A DNA stretch of 64,000 nt from positions 704,001 through 768,000 of the forward strand of contig JBMNIW010000012.1 in assembly GCA_050951325.1 (NCBI GenBank). Direction: 5' to 3'. This document shows positions 60,799-64,000 of the stretch, one piece after another. The notes beneath the pieces were generated by a model. That model worked only from the letters and a program-made list of their open reading frames with translations. It was not told the origin of the DNA and did not search any database. Source of the stretch: Clostridia bacterium (lineage in GTDB: Bacteria; Bacillota; Clostridia; UBA1212; DUPL01). How positions within the stretch are numbered: the stretch's first letter is position 1; the number at the start of each line of letters is the position of its first letter. The position numbers were made by a program, and so were the translations under genes.

Positions 60799-62373
60799 AT
60801 GAATAAAAAGAGATTTGCATTTCTCATGTTGATTGGAGCGTTTGTTATGCTGGTTTCTTGTAACACTTCCAAAGTAACTGAAAATAACAGCCCATATTAT
60901 CCGTTTTACGATCCTTCCGTTGCTCCAGCTCCAAAGGATGTAGCGGGATATACGGAAAAGATGGGCATAAAAAGGATTCTGTCCGAGTTTGAGTACGGTG
61001 CGGAAACGAAGTACAACCAGAGAGACTCAAACAGCCCACATTACTTCACTCCAGATGATAATATTAAAGCAACAACTGACAAAGATGACAACTGCAATTT
61101 TTGGGTGGATACTGGGGAGGAGATGCTTTATATTCTTCATTCGCCTGGTGAAACGAATTATGAGGATCTTTCTTTATATACCCAGTTAAGGGTTGTTTTC
61201 AGAATCCTTGGTAAAAAGGAGAAAGCAAAGCTGTCGCTTAGGATATTTGATGAAGGGGCGAAGGCATGGATAACCCTTGGCAGTGTGGAACTTCCCGCAA
61301 ACGAAAAGCATGAGCTGATATTTTCTCTTGGATATGTAAGTGAAGAGATGAGGAAGGCGGTCTCCAAGATTGGAATAAGCGGTGAAAAGGGAATGACAAA
61401 TGAGATTTACTACCTTGATGTTTATAATCCGGAAAGTGTGAAAAGGAATGTAGAAATAAAGGACTTGACCTTTGAAACTGAATATCTGGGAAATGTAATA
61501 TCGTCAAGGCTGGGTCCGTATTCTGCCAGTGGATTTTACGACAAGGATGACGGAAAGTGGAAGTTGTGGTATGGCTGTGGAATTCCTGAAGCCATTTGTT
61601 CGGACAACGTATACTACATTGAAACCACCGATCCAAAGCTGGGATGGTCAAAGCCTGTAAGAATCATCCCGGATGACAAAAGTGGACTTTTGTTTCCATA
61701 CAATGAAGCGCCAGGTTATGGAGGGGACCCTTCGGTAATAAAGGTTAATGGAACATATTACATGTACTTTTCAGGCATTGTAAAGGGTACCGACGGAAAG
61801 TGGCCGCACCACAACGATATATTTGTGGCAACTTCAAAGGACGGTATAAATTTTACAGTACACGAAAAGCCTGTTGTTCCTTCCAGTGGAGGCGGCTCCC
61901 TTGGATATGGTACCGGCTCTCCCAGTGTAGTATACAAGGATGGCACATTTTATCTATACTACTACACTCAAAGTGAAAGCCCGGGAGGGTTCAAGCTAAG
62001 GACTTCCACCGATGGGTTCACTTATGGTGAAGATATTTATTGTCATCAGCAGTTCGTTGGTGATGTGAAGTATGTTGATGCAATAAACAAGTGGGTTGGC
62101 ATATACTACACTGAAACAGGACAGGAAGGAGCCAGCACTATTGCGGGAATAAGGCTTATGTATTCTGATGATGGAATCCGTTGGGTAAGAGGAAGCAGCA
62201 ATTCCCAAATGCCAAGCCAGGATTTCTCAGCTGTCATAAACCATAATCCTGGATTTATTGGAGACAGTTTGGGGCATGGTTACACCACTATGTTTTATAC
62301 GTACGGGAACAATGACTCTAAGCCTGCAACTGGCCTGATGTATACCACTCTGACACTTTGCAATATGACATGA
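60799..62373 (+). CDS. Lipoprotein with a five-bladed beta-propeller GH43/32/130-like domain; the true C-terminus may run to 62414
   Basis: Lipobox LVSC; GDPSVIKVNGTYYMYF, SKDGINF, SPSVVYKDGTFYLYY and SDDGIRW motifs. Confidence 0.75.
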   Translation: MNKKRFAFLMLIGAFVMLVSCNTSKVTENNSPYYPFYDPSVAPAPKDVAGYTEKMGIKRILSEFEYGAETKYNQRDSNSPHYFTPDDNIKATTDKDDNCNFWVDTGEEMLYILHSPGETNYEDLSLYTQLRVVFRILGKKEKAKLSLRIFDEGAKAWITLGSVELPANEKHELIFSLGYVSEEMRKAVSKIGISGEKGMTNEIYYLDVYNPESVKRNVEIKDLTFETEYLGNVISSRLGPYSASGFYDKDDGKWKLWYGCGIPEAICSDNVYYIETTDPKLGWSKPVRIIPDDKSGLLFPYNEAPGYGGDPSVIKVNGTYYMYFSGIVKGTDGKWPHHNDIFVATSKDGINFTVHEKPVVPSSGGGSLGYGTGSPSVVYKDGTFYLYYYTQSESPGGFKLRTSTDGFTYGEDIYCHQQFVGDVKYVDAINKWVGIYYTETGQEGASTIAGIRLMYSDDGIRWVRGSSNSQMPSQDFSAVINHNPGFIGDSLGHGYTTMFYTYGNNDSKPATGLMYTTLTLCNMT

Positions 62374-62505
62374 GGGAACTTGACTGGGGCAGACTGACAA
62401 TATTTTACAAATAAAACTTTATTTATCGTTGGTTTAAAAATGTACTTGTTAATTTGTACACAATATTGTATAATTTGCTTAACACAAAATACATAGGAGG
62501 GTGTT

Positions 62506-63441
62506 ATGAAAAGAAAATTATTAATTATTTCTTTAATTCTTGTTTTTGTACTAGTATTGTCAGTTGGTTGTAAAAAAACAGGTGGAGATGATCCAACGCC
62601 TACCAAAGAACCAGACACAACAGCTACTCCTGAACCTGAAGTAACTGAAGAACCAACTCCAACTCCAATACCTGGACCACAGGTATATGTGGATGAGGAC
62701 TTTTCTGAAGATTATCCGGATGAGCCACCAATGCTCGATGGATGGCATTTCTGGGATGTGACAAATGGAGGTAATAGCAAGGTCTATGAACAAGGTGACA
62801 ATAAATATTTCCGTATCCAAGGATTTATTAGCATGACTTACCTTGATTTGTTTGAAACTCCATATACTTTCCAGTTTGATGCTAGAGGAGTAAAAGCTGA
62901 CGAAGTTGGAGCTGTGTTTGTACGCGGCAACAAGGAACTTACAGTACCAGTATCAAAAAATCCTACCGGTGCCGGCTATTATGAAGCTGACGATAGTGGT
63001 ACTAAGTTTACAAGTACAACTGGTATAGGATTGTGGTTCAAAGAGAATGGAAAACTGACATTGTTTATTAAGACCCTTGATACATCAAAACCAGCAAAAA
63101 TTGGAAACTGTTTTGCAGAAATTGAGTGTTCCTATTCTGCATCTAACTGGAACAAGATTAGAATTGATGATGACTGCAAAGGAACAATCAAGTACTATGT
63201 AAATGATGACCTTATTGCAACTATTGAGTATTCCGATCTTGGTACTTATGATGATTTTGATCCATTGTTCGATGGCGAGAACTTCTACAAGAAGGCGGTT
63301 ATCAAGGATAAAGACGGCAACGAACTTGCAAGCACAGATAGTGCATTCATCTATGAGTATAGTGAGATTGCATTCGGTATGAGAACTGCCGCTATTGATG
63401 TTGACAATCTGCTTTTGAAAGACTTGGAACTTGAAGAATAA
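62506..63441 (+). CDS. Lipoprotein with PT linker and beta-sandwich domain (homolog of the 49672 gene domain)
   Basis: AGGAGG RBS, lipobox SVGC, VDEDF...VDNLLL domain. Confidence 0.8.
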   Translation: MKRKLLIISLILVFVLVLSVGCKKTGGDDPTPTKEPDTTATPEPEVTEEPTPTPIPGPQVYVDEDFSEDYPDEPPMLDGWHFWDVTNGGNSKVYEQGDNKYFRIQGFISMTYLDLFETPYTFQFDARGVKADEVGAVFVRGNKELTVPVSKNPTGAGYYEADDSGTKFTSTTGIGLWFKENGKLTLFIKTLDTSKPAKIGNCFAEIECSYSASNWNKIRIDDDCKGTIKYYVNDDLIATIEYSDLGTYDDFDPLFDGENFYKKAVIKDKDGNELASTDSAFIYEYSEIAFGMRTAAIDVDNLLLKDLELEE

Positions 63442-63457
63442 ATATATAATTGATTTT

Positions 63458-63482
63458 TTTAAGGGGCTTGTAGCCCCTTAAA
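63458..63482 (+). terminator. Intrinsic terminator
   Basis: TTTAAGGGGCT-TGT-AGCCCCTTAAA. Confidence 0.7.
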
Positions 63483-63593
63483 GTTTATCCATTGTCTTTT
63501 TGAATTTAGATAGAACAAATTCATGGGTTTGGATTCAGGTGTTTTATCTGATAAGCAGATGTAAAGAAAACTCAACTATGTTTTCAACAAATA

Positions 63594-63622
63594 ACCCTCT
63601 TTAAATCAAGGTTAAAGAGGGT
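63594..63622 (-). terminator. Terminator of the minus-strand gene at the window end
   Basis: ACCCTCTTTAA...TTAAAGAGGGT. Confidence 0.65.
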
Positions 63623-63630
63623 AGTTTGCT

Positions 63631-64000
63631 TTATACAAATACTATTTTTACATTTCTCTCTTCATACACTGGCTTTTTGGCCAAAACAATCTCAATCACA
63701 TCATTGTCCGGAGAACTTCCTTCATTTGCATAAGGCATAGAGTCAGTGTTTTTCGGAATTACTCTGACCTCTTCATCACTGCCATCCACGGTCACCTTGC
63801 TAATATCAAGACCTTCCCAACCCAATGGTTTTCTAATCCTTATTACATATCCTCTTTCCTGCAGTGAGCCTTCAAAATCACCTTCAGCCTTTGAGATATT
63901 AATATCCATACTCTTTGAACTTTCGTCCACTTTCAGTGAAAAGTATGTTTTTCTGTATTCGCCCCGTTTGTATGCATTTGTAATTGTGTCATCCTCATAA
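63631..64000 (-). CDS. C-terminal end of a probable GH31 glycosidase (DUF5110-like); starts beyond the window
   Basis: YEDDTITNAYKRGEYRKT..ISKAEGDFEG..R pattern; frame open to the window edge. Confidence 0.7.
   Translation of the reverse strand, partial: YEDDTITNAYKRGEYRKTYFSLKVDESSKSMDINISKAEGDFEGSLQERGYVIRIRKPLGWEGLDISKVTVDGSDEEVRVIPKNTDSMPYANEGSSPDNDVIEIVLAKKPVYEERNVKIVFV

Noticed and set aside
60170-62680. PT/TPEP low-complexity stretches as DNA repeats
   Set aside because: Ordinary protein linkers with degenerate codons
13634-64000. Cellulosome or SLH-based anchoring
   Set aside because: No duplicated dockerin calcium loops, cohesins or SLH repeats recognised
1-64000. tRNA, rRNA, prophage or defence-system genes
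   Set aside because: None recognised by eye; a tRNAscan or Infernal run would be needed to exclude weak hits

Overview
AT-rich bacterial chromosome segment that looks like an anaerobic Firmicute (Clostridia), judged from AGGAGG-type RBSs, sigmaA promoters, a T-box riboswitch, sortase-type sorting signals and the recJ-rel-dtd-MBL-hemZ block. About 1-13.5 kb is housekeeping: rpsU, recJ, rel, dtd, hemZ, putP, a Leu-type T-box controlling an acyl-CoA ligase, and a thioesterase. About 13.6-64 kb is a large glycan-foraging accessory region. It holds GH42, a GH106-like protein, two GH127s, a GH71/99-like protein, a GH43/32-like propeller, the end of a GH31, two paralogous membrane-anchored (alpha/alpha)6 proteins, two AraC regulators and many cell-surface proteins, but no recognisable sugar transporter. 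Most novel signals: (1) one uncharacterised beta-sandwich module recurring about five times in four differently anchored proteins, plus two other shuffled modules; (2) an unannotated 35-aa YxxPxL peptide coupled to a secreted protein with an unusual C-terminal domain; (3) an AraC regulator fused to an apparently degenerate glycoside-hydrolase-like barrel; (4) the Leu T-box on an acyl-CoA ligase; (5) a 48-aa hyper-basic peptide behind a radical SAM gene. A truncated ISLre2-type transposase and a possible group II intron relic are also present. Several clustered single-base indels suggest assembly errors, so frameshifts and tandem duplications need read-level checks. All family calls come from motifs recognised by eye; no database search was run.
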